Source: an uncultured virus (IMG/VR IMGVR_UViG_3300044977_000112) (Duplodnaviria; Heunggongvirae; Uroviricota; Caudoviricetes). Taken from it: a stretch of DNA of 64,000 nt. Shown piece after piece: positions 1 to 9,647 of this stretch. Numbering within the stretch: position 1 is the stretch's first letter; every line of letters begins with the position of its first letter. The stretch lies in IMG/VR virus record IMGVR_UViG_3300044977_000112; one strand, 5' to 3'. Position numbers and translations under genes: made by a program. The notes below the pieces were generated by a model that was not told the origin of the DNA, ran no database searches, and saw nothing but the letters and a program-made list of their open reading frames with translations.

Positions 1-62
1 CCGGCCCGACAAAGCGAAGCGGTGTATAATATAAAGCCGTCAGTCTTACTCACACGAAACGT

Positions 63-416
63 GTGAGTACGACTGACGGGGATAAGATGGTGGAGCAAGT
101 CTACACCGTGCCCAAAATCAGCAATGCGGGCAATGTGATCCGCCACCCTGTGGGCGGCGGCAAGCAAGGGCACAAAGCCGCGCACGATTCTGAGGCTCCG
201 ATGGCAATGAGCGTGGCAGAGAGGTTCGTGTGCTGGTACGTGGAGCCAGACGGAATCATATGTGACCCGATGTGCGGCAGCGGCACAACGATTCATGCCG
301 CCATCGAACACGGTCGGCGCGGCATCGGAGTGGATATTCGGCAAAGCCAAATAGACTTAACCATTCGGCGAATGCGAACGGTAACGATGCCGATTCCAGG
401 GATGCATACGCAGTAA
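63..416 (+). CDS. N4C/N6A DNA methyltransferase, C-terminal fragment
   Basis: Motif I region ICDPMCGSGTT..AA...GRRGIGVD. Catalytic motif IV is absent and an in-frame TAA lies at 27-29, so the gene is partial or broken. Confidence 0.75.
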   Translation: MSTTDGDKMVEQVYTVPKISNAGNVIRHPVGGGKQGHKAAHDSEAPMAMSVAERFVCWYVEPDGIICDPMCGSGTTIHAAIEHGRRGIGVDIRQSQIDLTIRRMRTVTMPIPGMHTQ

Positions 417-475
417 ATGTACCAAACGAACAAAGCCCGGAGGTCCGGGCTTCTTGCATTGATCAGGATTTCAGA

Positions 476-669
476 TCACTCCTCGACGAACACATGCCAT
501 ACCAAGTTTCTGCCGCTTTCCTGCACCGTGACCACATACCGAAGTGACAACGCATCGTCAATGTTATCTCCAGTTCCAATGATGCGGATTGTGACTGGGA
601 AGTTCGGCTTGTTTGGATTAACCTTGGCCCACAGATACAGGCTTTCGTCCTGGAATTGCACGTCCAGGA
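476..669 (-). pseudogene. Small conserved phage protein (DUF7352-like), 5' end interrupted by IS
   Basis: LDVQFQ..LYLWAKVNP...IRIIGTG...VWHVF pattern. Similarity stops at the left TIR (670). Confidence 0.6.
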
Positions 670-736
670 GGCTTTGGCAGTATATTCCCGTTTGGCAGTT
701 TTTGCCAACACTTGGCAGGAATTAGAATGTTCTGCT

Positions 737-1396
737 CTATTTTTTCTTAATTGGTTCGTCCGAGATGAATACACCATCTTCGAACTCAACTCCCTCGTAA
801 GTGTTAGGCTCGAATCTGCTCACAGATGCTTCAATAATCGTTGGATTTCCCGCAGTGAGTTTCATTATCTCTTCTCTTGACCGCATTCTGATGGAAGCAT
901 ATCCGCCGTTCTGGACGGGTCCGATAGCATATCTCTCTAATGCAATTCTGTGGACGTTTAAACGCAATGTCCAACGGACGTAATAATAATCGTTCTGTGC
1001 CCTAGTTGGATTATCCCTGAACGCATCGGCCATTTCTCGCGCAGCTTCTGGGGTGAGTTCTTTTCTGATGTATTTTGCAGCTTCTTCAGATTTTACTGAA
1101 GCGTTTTTTTTCGCTACTTGTTCAACTTGGTCGGCCGCTTTCTTGAACGCCCGGTTGAAAAGAAAAGTCGGGACGCCGCAGCAGGTAAAAAATAACACGA
1201 CTGTTGCGCCAACTCCCAATCCGATTCGGAGTGGTAATTTGTTTTTCCTGCTCAGTTTTTTCGGCCGTTCTACGCCAAACGGTTCTGGCCAACTCTCCAC
1301 TTCCCTTTTGCATTTTGGGCAGTCGGCACATTCGCCAACCAGTGAGTCGGGACCGGAAACGATTTTGCGGCAAAATGGGCATTCGTATTTCGCCAT
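737..1396 (-). CDS. Zn-ribbon / single-TM protein with possible OB-like C-terminus (IS cargo)
   Basis: CPFC..CPKC, hydrophobic span IGLGVGATVVLFFTCCG, soluble C-terminal domain. Confidence 0.65.
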   Translation of the reverse strand: MAKYECPFCRKIVSGPDSLVGECADCPKCKREVESWPEPFGVERPKKLSRKNKLPLRIGLGVGATVVLFFTCCGVPTFLFNRAFKKAADQVEQVAKKNASVKSEEAAKYIRKELTPEAAREMADAFRDNPTRAQNDYYYVRWTLRLNVHRIALERYAIGPVQNGGYASIRMRSREEIMKLTAGNPTIIEASVSRFEPNTYEGVEFEDGVFISDEPIKKK

Positions 1397-1726
1397 TGGT
1401 CGGCCATTTCAAAACAAACGGGGCGGCAGAAGCAATGCCGCTCACCTCTGGCCCGACCAAGAGCCTCAACGAACGGACACTGATCCACCGCCCCTTGCGG
1501 GGCGTGGTTCTGGTCCGCTTCGTCGAAACACCGCACAGAGTTATCCGTGCGTTTGGTCGGTTTGAGGTGAAGCGAATCGATACTCACGCATCGATCAAAA
1601 TGTTCTCAGGATTACGCAATCCTGGGCATTGAGTTCTTTGGCCTCCGCGTGGAGTTCCGTTGGTCAAAATGACACGGCATGTCAACGAGTCTATCCGCAT
1701 GAAATATAAAAGCTATAATAAATCGC

Positions 1727-1963
1727 ATGACACGCGGCAGACCACCCAAGGCGGCAGGAGAACGGAAAACGAAAGACATTCGCATTCCCGTCACTCAGGA
1801 ACAGAAAGACATGGTTCTGGAAGCCATGCGGATTGCCGGTATGGATGTGGCAGCATGGGCAAGACCGATCATCTTGGAAGCGGCTCAAGCGATCATCTCA
1901 GAGGCCAGCAAGCGGACGCGCAAGAAGAACACTTCTGCTCAAAGCCAATCATCTGTAAATTGA
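1727..1963 (+). CDS. Small ribbon-helix-helix-like DNA-binding protein (IS cargo)
   Basis: RGRPPK...RKTKDIRIPVT.EQK..AMRIAG..VAAWAR. Similar to 40076-40279. Confidence 0.65.
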   Translation: MTRGRPPKAAGERKTKDIRIPVTQEQKDMVLEAMRIAGMDVAAWARPIILEAAQAIISEASKRTRKKNTSAQSQSSVN

Positions 1964-2068
1964 CCTCATCGGGAAGGCCGGAGTAATTAACCGGCTGAAG
2001 CCCGATCAGTTCTCGCGGTAGCTCCATTCCGCTGGGCTGATCGGGCTGGCCCGTTTAATGGAGCGGGC

Positions 2069-2458
2069 ATGTCGAAAGCACTTCCCGAAACTGCGGAAGA
2101 ACTCTGCACGTATTTGAACTATTTGGTCGCTAGATTGCCGGAAGAAGAACAACAGAAATTTTGGTTTGAAGTGAACGAAGTCACTAGGCAATTGTGCAAT
2201 CTCTTTCTGGAAGAAATAACCAAATCGCATGGCAGAACGAAAATCTTTTGGAAGAAACTGAAAAAGCGAAACAGACGATCAAGCCCCAAAACCATCCTCC
2301 GCAATGTGGAACTGTGCGATCTGAGAAAGCAGGATCGCAAGAAGTGGACACTTGGCCAATTAGCCAAGCGGTACAAGGTAAACACTCGCGCAGTGACGAT
2401 GGTTATTTCTGAAGAACCAAAGTGGAGGAGACTGGAAGCGGAGCTACGGAGGAACTAA
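2069..2458 (+). CDS. Hypothetical protein with C-terminal HTH-like segment (IS cargo)
   Basis: RNVELCDLR...WTLGQLAKRYKVNTRAV. Confidence 0.55.
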   Translation: MSKALPETAEELCTYLNYLVARLPEEEQQKFWFEVNEVTRQLCNLFLEEITKSHGRTKIFWKKLKKRNRRSSPKTILRNVELCDLRKQDRKKWTLGQLAKRYKVNTRAVTMVISEEPKWRRLEAELRRN

Positions 2459-2467
2459 TCGCTTCGT

Positions 2468-2517
2468 AGGAAGCAACTACTTCCTCCCTACCAAAACAGG
2501 AAGCAACTACTTCCTCC
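2468..2517. repeat. Two 20-bp direct repeats, each self-complementary
   Basis: AGGAAGCAACTACTTCCTCC at 2468-2487 and 2498-2517. Confidence 0.9.
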
Positions 2518-2543
2518 GAATTGGCGCGCTAATCATCGTTTGA

Positions 2544-2588
2544 AACACTGAAGGCCAGCAAGCTGCGAACTTGCTGGCCTTCAGTGTT
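2544..2588. terminator. Perfect 19-bp hairpin (terminator-like)
   Basis: AACACTGAAGGCCAGCAAG-7nt-CTTGCTGGCCTTCAGTGTT followed by GTTTG. Confidence 0.6.
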
Positions 2589-2603
2589 GTTTGCTCGTGT
2601 TGT

Positions 2604-2676
2604 GGTCCGGTAGCTCAATTGGATGGAGCAAGGCTTTCGCACGCCGAGGTTGCGGGTTCGAGTCCCGCCCGGACTA
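2604..2676 (+). tRNA. tRNA-like gene with aberrant anticodon arm (possibly Arg-TCG derived)
   Basis: Acceptor GGTCCGG/CCGGACT, D-arm GCTC..GAGC, T-arm GCGGG-TTCGAGT-CCCGC. The anticodon arm is 16 nt with an 8-nt loop TTTCGCAC. Confidence 0.7.
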
Positions 2677-2810
2677 CTTCACTTGCGAACCCATTTTACC
2701 ACTAGATTTTTTCTGATGGAAGTGTGTTTACGTACATCGTTGTTCACATTTATTTTGGCTATATTAAAGGAGTAATAAATCTGCTACCGATAGAGAAGAT
2801 TACTGTGGAT

Positions 2811-4055
2811 ATGCGAGAACTCAAGGCCCTGGAAATCGCGGCGCGATCCAAGATCGTTTGCAAGGGCGCGACCTGGTTCGTTCCATCGCAATCGAGCGGC
2901 AACAAGTACCGCGTCGTCATCGAAGGCGATGTATCATGCGAGTGCGATGATTTCCAACTTCGCAAGCTGTCGTGCAAACACATCATGGCTTGCCGGTTGG
3001 TTCTCGAAAGAGATGGAGGCGAAACGGCTCAGGTTGTGGTTAGCGATGAAGTGCCAAAGAAGCCAACGTACAAACAGAACTGGCCCCTTTACGATCTGGC
3101 CCAAGAAACGGAGAAGAATCGATTTCAGGAACTGCTCTTCGACCTCTGTTCCGGCATCGAAGAACCGGAAAGGCCGACCAATCTACGCGGACGAAAACCC
3201 GTTCCGCTTGCCGATCAGATTTTTGCATGTGCGTTCAAAGTGTTCTCGACTTTCTCTTCACGGCGATTCGCTTGCGATCTGGCGGAAACCCACAAGAAAG
3301 GCTTCATGTCTGTCCCCATTGCCGCGCGTTGTATTAACGGATTCATGGAAGAAGAGAAGCTCACGCCGATCCTGGAGAATCTCATCGTCCAAAGTAGTCT
3401 CCCGTTGCGAACGATTGAAACCACATTCGCCCCGGACAGCACCGGGTTTAGCGTGAGTCGTTTCGTTCGTTGGTTCGATGAAAAATATGGCGAGACCAAG
3501 TCCGGTCGCGACTGGGTGAAGGCTCACGCAATGTGCGGCGTGAAAACTAACATCGTCACGGCGGTTCAAATTGAGGATCGGCACACGGCGGACATTACCC
3601 AACTCCCCGGATTGGTGAAGACGACTGCCGAGAACTTTACGATCAAGGACGTTCCGGCCGACAAGGCCTATTTGAGCCACGAGAACTTGGAACTGGTTCA
3701 CAAAAACGGCGGCACAGCCTTCATTCCGTTCAAGTGCAACAGCAAGGAAAATGAGCCTGATTCACTTTGGGGCAAGATGTACCACTTTTACAACTTCAAG
3801 CGGGACGAGTTCCTGAAGAGATACCACCAGCGAAGCAATATCGAGACGACGTTTTCAATGGTGAAAGCAAAGTTCCGCGATAACGTGAGAAGCCGAACAG
3901 ATGTATCGATGAAGAACGAAGTGCTGTGCAAGTTCCTTTGCCACAATGTCTGCGTAATCCATCAATCGATTATCGAGTTGGGAATTGAGGGGCCTTTCTG
4001 GGAGAACAAACCCCGAAAGAAATCGGCGGTATTAAAGTATCCGGGAGTGGGCTGA
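2811..4055 (+). CDS. DDE transposase (IS5/IS903-like) with N-terminal SWIM zinc finger
   Basis: CECDDF..CKH (SWIM); DSTG, ADKAY, YHQRSNIETTFSMVK (DDE motifs). Confidence 0.9.
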   Translation: MRELKALEIAARSKIVCKGATWFVPSQSSGNKYRVVIEGDVSCECDDFQLRKLSCKHIMACRLVLERDGGETAQVVVSDEVPKKPTYKQNWPLYDLAQETEKNRFQELLFDLCSGIEEPERPTNLRGRKPVPLADQIFACAFKVFSTFSSRRFACDLAETHKKGFMSVPIAARCINGFMEEEKLTPILENLIVQSSLPLRTIETTFAPDSTGFSVSRFVRWFDEKYGETKSGRDWVKAHAMCGVKTNIVTAVQIEDRHTADITQLPGLVKTTAENFTIKDVPADKAYLSHENLELVHKNGGTAFIPFKCNSKENEPDSLWGKMYHFYNFKRDEFLKRYHQRSNIETTFSMVKAKFRDNVRSRTDVSMKNEVLCKFLCHNVCVIHQSIIELGIEGPFWENKPRKKSAVLKYPGVG

Positions 4056-4169
4056 CCCTGATACAATTCGACTGGCGGAACAGCGGGGTAGCTCCCCCTT
4101 GGTCTGCCCGATGCGTGGTGTCTACTCCTCGCGCATCGGGCAGACGCTGAGCCGTCTAGGAGTAGAGAA

Positions 4170-4466
4170 ATGAAAGGCAATCTAAAGATTGATGGTCGGC
4201 TTGGCAAAGACGACGTGTATCCAGAATATACTGTAGAAGTTTCAGAACTGGTGCCAATTGAATCACTAGATGGTGCCGAATCTCTGCGGGGTACTTTTAC
4301 CGTTCCTCCATCCGTTTACACGAAAACGGTGGTTTCAAGCATCCGTGTTGATTCGGAGCATGTGCTTACGTTGCAAGACCGACGAGCGGCACAGATTTTG
4401 ATCCTTGAGAGAACGGATGAGGCGTTTACTTTTTCGGGAACATTTTTATGTCCAGAAACGAAATAG
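4170..4466 (+). CDS. Hypothetical protein (IS cargo)
   Basis: ORF with RBS-like AGGAG/GAGA upstream; no recognised motif. Confidence 0.5.
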   Translation: MKGNLKIDGRLGKDDVYPEYTVEVSELVPIESLDGAESLRGTFTVPPSVYTKTVVSSIRVDSEHVLTLQDRRAAQILILERTDEAFTFSGTFLCPETK

Positions 4467-4785
4467 CCGTACATTCATTCTCTCTGCTTACAGAGATTTC
4501 AAATATTCTTTACGAATGTCACAAGAGCGGTTCCGAACTGAAGTACAAAATCAGCAAGAAATCCGGTTACGAAATTCACATCACTGTCGAGCCGCCCGCA
4601 GCCAATTCAAATAATCCCGATACTGCCCAAATAGCCGCCGAATCCGCCAACTAGCTTGGCAGTTTTTAGATCGGTTTGACAGTTTATTATGGCTTTTGGA
4701 AGAATAAAATGCCAAAGCCCAATAGCCTCGCGGTTGATGCGATCGGTTTCAGATGGGAGCATTTGGAATCCTTTCCAGAGGTGAG

Positions 4786-5418
4786 TTATTCCGGCAGCTC
4801 GCCTTTCCACAGGATCGACGAACAACCCAGCGGCACACGATAGCCACCTTCGATCAGTGGGCCGTATGAGCACGCCGTTCGCAACGATTTTTTCTTTCCC
4901 GCAGCCAGCTCCACCCAACAATCTCCATTCCGTGTATCCAAAACCTCCCTTGCTGGATCAACAATCCAACCGTGTGGATATTCTTCAACCACGTCTCCAA
5001 TGATCACGGAGAAGCCGTAGCCGTTAGGAATAAAGACCATTACACGCTCGCCTTTGATTAACACGATTGGATTCTCCGGGTTTAGTATTTGACCGCCGAG
5101 ACCGCCGAGACCGACGAGACCGACGAGACCGCCGCGACCGACGAGACCGCCGAGACCGACGAGACCGCCGAGACCGCCGAGACCGACGAGACCGCCGCGA
5201 CCGACGAGACCGCCGAGACCGACGAGACCGCCGAGACCGACGAGACCGCCGAGACCGCCGCGACCGCCGCGACCGACGAAAGAAGAATTATTACCGCGAA
5301 AGTAAGCTGCCTTATCGCATTCGCCGTTCTCGTCCAGCCAGTCGGCGAATACCAACTGGGGCAACTTTTCGCGCGGATTGGCGTTGATAGCTCGCTGAAG
5401 AGCTTCGCGGTCAGTCAT
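4786..5418 (-). CDS. TIGR02996-domain protein with Gly-Leu low-complexity tract
   Basis: REALQRAINANPREKLPQLVFADWLDENG; GGL/VGL/GGR repeats. Confidence 0.85.
   Translation of the reverse strand: MTDREALQRAINANPREKLPQLVFADWLDENGECDKAAYFRGNNSSFVGRGGRGGLGGLVGLGGLVGLGGLVGRGGLVGLGGLGGLVGLGGLVGRGGLVGLVGLGGLGGQILNPENPIVLIKGERVMVFIPNGYGFSVIIGDVVEEYPHGWIVDPAREVLDTRNGDCWVELAAGKKKSLRTACSYGPLIEGGYRVPLGCSSILWKGELPE
5091..5279. repeat. 9-bp tandem repeat, about 21 units
   Basis: GACCGCCGA/GACCGACGA/GACCGCCGC units. Confidence 0.95.
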
Positions 5419-5768
5419 GCTTCACCTCGTTTTCCTTCTCGAATTACAATCACGCCGCACATGAGACAGTACCGTTCGCCCTTGTATGCGGATTCGTGCC
5501 GGCAACGTTCGCATACCTTGCCGACCTGTGGCCCGGACCGCGCGATGCCGCACCACCAGTTAACACCAAGCTGATCGTATTTCTTGTTCGAGTCGTACAT
5601 CTCTTGAGTAAGTGGACGCCATACTCGTTCGCATCGATGAAACCACAGATCGCCCATCTGGACACGACCCGTATAAACCATGCTGAATCCTTCCGGCAAA
5701 TCGATCTCGATTATCGTCGATTTAGCCGGGTCGATAATGTCGGTGTTGACGGAGATAAGAGCGGTCAT
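5415..5768 (-). CDS. Hypothetical phage protein, C-terminal Zn ribbon
   Basis: CERC..CLMC; ATGA overlaps with neighbours. Confidence 0.6.
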   Translation of the reverse strand: MTALISVNTDIIDPAKSTIIEIDLPEGFSMVYTGRVQMGDLWFHRCERVWRPLTQEMYDSNKKYDQLGVNWWCGIARSGPQVGKVCERCRHESAYKGERYCLMCGVIVIREGKRGEA

Positions 5769-6007
5769 GACCTACCCTCAGGATTGCCGATGGCTTCGTA
5801 AATACCAAGTTTTTGAAGTTCTATTCTGATAGTAACATCCGAATTCACCACAAGTCCTGACACATACCGACGGCACCGCTCAATGAGCCGCGGAGCAGTT
5901 GTTTCCCCATCGTCGTAAATCGATCCGCGGCGATGGCACCAGAACGCGGCCCCTGGCACATTGCCGACAAGTTCCATCTGATTCCCGCAGGTTGCACAGG
6001 GCATCAC
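5765..6007 (-). CDS. Hypothetical Zn-ribbon protein
   Basis: CATCG..WCHR; coupled start/stop. Confidence 0.55.
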   Translation of the reverse strand: MMPCATCGNQMELVGNVPGAAFWCHRRGSIYDDGETTAPRLIERCRRYVSGLVVNSDVTIRIELQKLGIYEAIGNPEGRS

Positions 6008-6176
6008 ATCACCTCGATGAATTTATAGAACCACTTCTTCGCCCCGATCGGAACGAACCTGGTCGCGATTCCGCATCGCATCCGCAGATTCCAGCGCGCA
6101 TAAACGGAGTCGGGTACGTCCGAGGGAGCCACCCCTTCCCACGAGGAAGAGGGCGTAAGGCGCGAGCGGAACCACA

Positions 6177-6413
6177 TTACGTAACCTCGTGAAACATTGT
6201 GCATTGCTTGTTCACGATGCCCTCTCGCGGGATGAGCATCTGAAGGGCGACCTTTCCAGGGTTGCTCATGGGTTCATTACAAAGTTCATAACTGTACAGA
6301 AAATGCAGATTGAACACGGGGCATCCCGTGTCGTGATCCTGGCCGTGAACGCATCGGCGGCAATACATCTCTTCATAAATTTCGGCCTCAGCTCCGTTGG
6401 AAAAGTATCCCAT
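6177..6413 (-). CDS. Conserved Cys-rich phage protein
   Basis: MGYFSNGAEAEIYEEMYCRRCVH..CPV; GGAG RBS. Confidence 0.7.
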   Translation of the reverse strand: MGYFSNGAEAEIYEEMYCRRCVHGQDHDTGCPVFNLHFLYSYELCNEPMSNPGKVALQMLIPREGIVNKQCTMFHEVT

Positions 6414-6425
6414 TGCTTTTCTCCT

Positions 6426-6659
6426 TCAAATGTTTTGCGGCTCTTTGATCGCCGCGAGGATGGACACGATGTCTGAATTCTGGCTCAGGTACAGTTGCTC
6501 TCGGTCGTTGATGTGCCACCAGACCTCGTCGTATGGCCAGCCGCTTGGCCGCAGGGTACGCCCCTCCAGCCACAAGATACCGTCGCCGCGGAACACACGG
6601 CGATATTCCACAAGTACGTTATCGTTTCGCTCGTGGAGGTAGGTTTCAGAGACGCACAT
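6426..6659 (-). CDS. Hypothetical protein
   Basis: GGAGG RBS, operon orientation. Confidence 0.5.
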   Translation of the reverse strand: MCVSETYLHERNDNVLVEYRRVFRGDGILWLEGRTLRPSGWPYDEVWWHINDREQLYLSQNSDIVSILAAIKEPQNI

Positions 6660-6809
6660 GGGTTAGTCCCTCCAAATGAGTTTTCCGGCGTAAACAAGAC
6701 GCATGGGAAGCTCCTAATAGCTGCACAGATACAGCAGAATCGAGGTACGGGTTTCGTCTGCGGACAGCAGGCACAGGGTAAGGCGAGCAAGGAGAAGCAT
6801 TGGAGATCC

Positions 6810-7019
6810 TTATTTGCGAATTGCGGGCACCAGAGTATGATCGGTTTCGCATCGGCAGCATTGCGTGTCCATTCTGACTTCTCTTTCCGTGGTAATCACA
6901 TCCGGGTCTTGCCAGCTCTCTGGATCCACTACTGTGACTTTCGGTATCACCACGTTCATGTGGTGACATTTTGTACATTCCCAGACAAAAGCTTCATGGA
7001 TTTCCGCTTTGGGTTTCAT
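6810..7019 (-). CDS. Hypothetical Zn-ribbon protein
   Basis: WECTKC..CCRC; start MKPKAE. Confidence 0.55.
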   Translation of the reverse strand: MKPKAEIHEAFVWECTKCHHMNVVIPKVTVVDPESWQDPDVITTEREVRMDTQCCRCETDHTLVPAIRK

Positions 7020-7615
7020 CGTCCACCTATTCGGCCACGGCCGCCAGTCAGGCAGTCTCAGGCCAAGAAAAAGACTGATCGTGCCGGTATCGATAGCCAC
7101 CTTCGCCGTAATAAAATCTGGTGCCGCTGTGCTCGCATGGGGTGATGCAAGCGGTCAGGCCATTCTGTCTGAGCCACTCCCCGAGCTCGTCGAGGGATCC
7201 CCATGTTTTGTCGGCACCTTCCAGTACCGGCAGGCCCAATTTTTCAGGGTCTCCGGATTTCGAATATCCGGGAGCGGATATGTTCCAGGTCACAGTAATC
7301 ATAATTATCTCCAATCGGTTTCTCACGGGCCGCCGTGGTCACTCTCCATCCTCGATCTGGCCTCCGAAATACTGTCCGCCCACTGCCAGAGGCAGCCCGG
7401 TATTGGTCGGATAGATCACCGTCCCGCCAATTTGAAGAGCATACCGTCGGCATTCCTCGCGATTGCCAAACAGCATATCCTGAGTACCAATCCCGGGCAA
7501 AATGGTGCCATCTGCTTGGCGAATTCGATAAGCCCATACGCCAGTTACGGCTACAGTTTCCATTGCTCTTCTCCAAGGTTTCATTCGGTTTGGGTTCCTT
7601 GTCTCCACACTATCA

Positions 7616-7643
7616 ATCTTATCATAGCGGTACACCGCGTCAA
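7616..7643 (-). promoter_or_regulatory. Sigma70-like leftward promoter
   Basis: TTGACG-16-TAAGAT with extended -10 TG. Confidence 0.55.
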
Positions 7644-7671
7644 GACTTGCTGGACAGATTTTGCAAAATAG

Positions 7672-7700
7672 TTGACAGGTACACTTAATACCGTAATAAT
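7672..7700 (+). promoter_or_regulatory. Sigma70-like rightward promoter (leaderless transcript likely)
   Basis: TTGACA-17-AATAAT, ATG 6 nt downstream. Confidence 0.6.
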
Positions 7701-7706
7701 ACCCGC

Positions 7707-7919
7707 ATGGCAACCAAAACACCCAAAAAACGTGGCGAACATAAATTCAAGCGAAGAACCGTTCAGTTTCCGCCAGACTGGTTCGCGCTGGCTCAGGAAA
7801 TGGCTTCCGAGAGCAAAACTCCAGTGATGTGGCTTTTCATCGAGTTGATTCGGGAACGGGCCTTGAATCTGGGTAAAATCGACCTCCCGATTGCGCCGTG
7901 GGAAGGCAAAACCAAGTGA
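7707..7919 (+). CDS. Small RHH/Arc-like regulator
   Basis: RRTVQFPPDWFALAQEMA...LFIELIRE; located in the divergent control region. Confidence 0.55.
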   Translation: MATKTPKKRGEHKFKRRTVQFPPDWFALAQEMASESKTPVMWLFIELIRERALNLGKIDLPIAPWEGKTK

Positions 7920-8391
7920 TCCTCCCTCGCCCGGGAGTAGGCCAGTCTGGGCGACCTGGCTGCACGTAGGACCATGCGGCTCCCGGGCGAGGGGTTTTTG
8001 AAACGGAACAAAGACTATTGGACCTTGTCTATAGCCTCAATTATGGAGATGACATGGTAGTAGTTGAATCGGAATGTCCGTCCTGTTTAGGGCACGGCTT
8101 CTTTAACGAGGAAGGCAACCCATCAACAGACCGCCGCATGAGAAAATGCACGGACTGCACCGGTACTGGGGTAGTATCAGAAACTAAAGAAGACTTCATG
8201 GAAGCAGTCATGAACTCCGCTCTCGCGCCAGAGAAGAAACGGGAGTGGTTTCAGATTTGCATCTGGGAGGCAATCAACGAATACACTCAGGCTTGCGGAG
8301 GGGACACTTCTGAGAACAGCATCAGCGATAAAAGAATGAATGCAGTCGCCAAGGTGGAAAAGATCATCGGCAACGTGTTGGGAGGATTATA

Positions 8392-8649
8392 ATGACCGAT
8401 AAGGAATACGAGCGTATCGAATCCAGTGATGTGAGTCACGAATCGATGTACGATGAAATGCCGTATAACTTCGGTGCGTTGCCACCACTTCCAGAAGGAT
8501 ATCGGGTAGTCTTTTGCGAAAGCCACGAGCATTACGAAGCATTTGGCCCAAACGATTAGGAGTCGGGAATTACCTGCGATCCTTATCAGGCCCGACGATG
8601 GGCTTTTGCTCATGCGAAGAAAAATTCGTCTGTGGCCAAAGCAACATAA
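8392..8649 (+). pseudogene. Hypothetical protein with internal TAG (8557-8559)
   Basis: GGAGG RBS; frame continues GPND*ESGITCDPYQARRWAF to TAA. Confidence 0.55.
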
Positions 8650-9088
8650 GCAATTTTCAAGGACTCCACGATGCCCAAGATCAACCAGCATAAAGCCGCC
8701 GTGCAACTCCGCACTATTCAGCAGCAGCACGCGATTGCGCTGCCCCAGGTAGATCGTGCGATTGCGGCCCTGCATGCCGCGCTGTCGGTGATAGGCGAAC
8801 TCGAATGCGGCCATAAACTGCGGGTCACGCTCGATGGCCTGGTGGAGACGCGGCGGTGTGTTGAAAGAAACTCGAAGGGGTAATCATGCCCGATTTTGCC
8901 CTCGAAATGCTGATCAAACTCTACCTGGCGCAAGACCTGCCGTTGATGAAACTGGCGTACACCCGTTCGCTCTCCCAGCTCAACTTCGAGTTCAGGAACG
9001 CGACAGGGATCGAGCGCAGAGATTCGGAAATCTGGCTGCAACTATGGGACATGGTCGAGACGGGAAGCATACCGGGGAGGGAAGCGGA

Positions 9089-9322
9089 ATGAACGAACTA
9101 GACCCTGATCCAAGAAAAGATATTCAATGGACTGAGCAGTTGCCGACCAAGAAGGGGTTTTATTGGTGGCGATTAGATATTTCTCGACATGCTACTATTT
9201 GCAAGGTGTCTTCAGAGGGTTATGTTTGGTGGTTTTCCGGAGGCCCAACCTTTGTGAGCAACGAAGCTGGCCAATGGTTCGGGCCATTGACTGAACCTGG
9301 TGGTGATGCAATCGCAAACTAA
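9089..9322 (+). CDS. Hypothetical phage protein
   Basis: WTEQLPTKKGFYWWR...QWFGPL pattern. Confidence 0.6.
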   Translation: MNELDPDPRKDIQWTEQLPTKKGFYWWRLDISRHATICKVSSEGYVWWFSGGPTFVSNEAGQWFGPLTEPGGDAIAN

Positions 9323-9647
9323 AAATAACAACCTTTTGAAACCGCAAACGGTGACAGCATGAAAATCTATCCTCCCCGTCCGACTCCAAATCGACCGGAA
9401 GGCGGATTTACCGCTGAAGAAGTCAATCGTGGAGAAATCTGGCTTCACGCCGATTTGAAATGTGAGGACTGCGGTTGGATTTCTTCGCTTGCCAACTGTG
9501 GCTCTCTCGACAATCCACGACCGTGCCGTCGATGTGGAGGGAAGATGGCATGAATGAGGCAAGAAAAGCAAACCTGTCCACACGCGCAAAAGAGCGCTGG
9601 AAGAACTGCGAGATCAGGGAAGCGGAATTAAATTCCAGCGACCGGCC

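Larger units (their letters stand above)
670..4719. mobile_element. IS5-family (IS903-like) element carrying passenger genes
   Basis: TIRs 670-687 GGCTTTGGCAGTATATTC and 4702-4719 (revcomp GGCTTTGGCATTTTATTC) match 16/18. They enclose a DDE transposase and about 5 other ORFs. Confidence 0.8.

Noticed and set aside
2468..2517. Mini CRISPR array
   Set aside because: Only two 20-bp repeats with a 10-nt spacer, and no cas genes.
5067..5574. Plus-strand RRD and TAE repeat ORFs
   Set aside because: Shadow frames of the 9-bp repeat in the minus-strand TIGR02996 gene.
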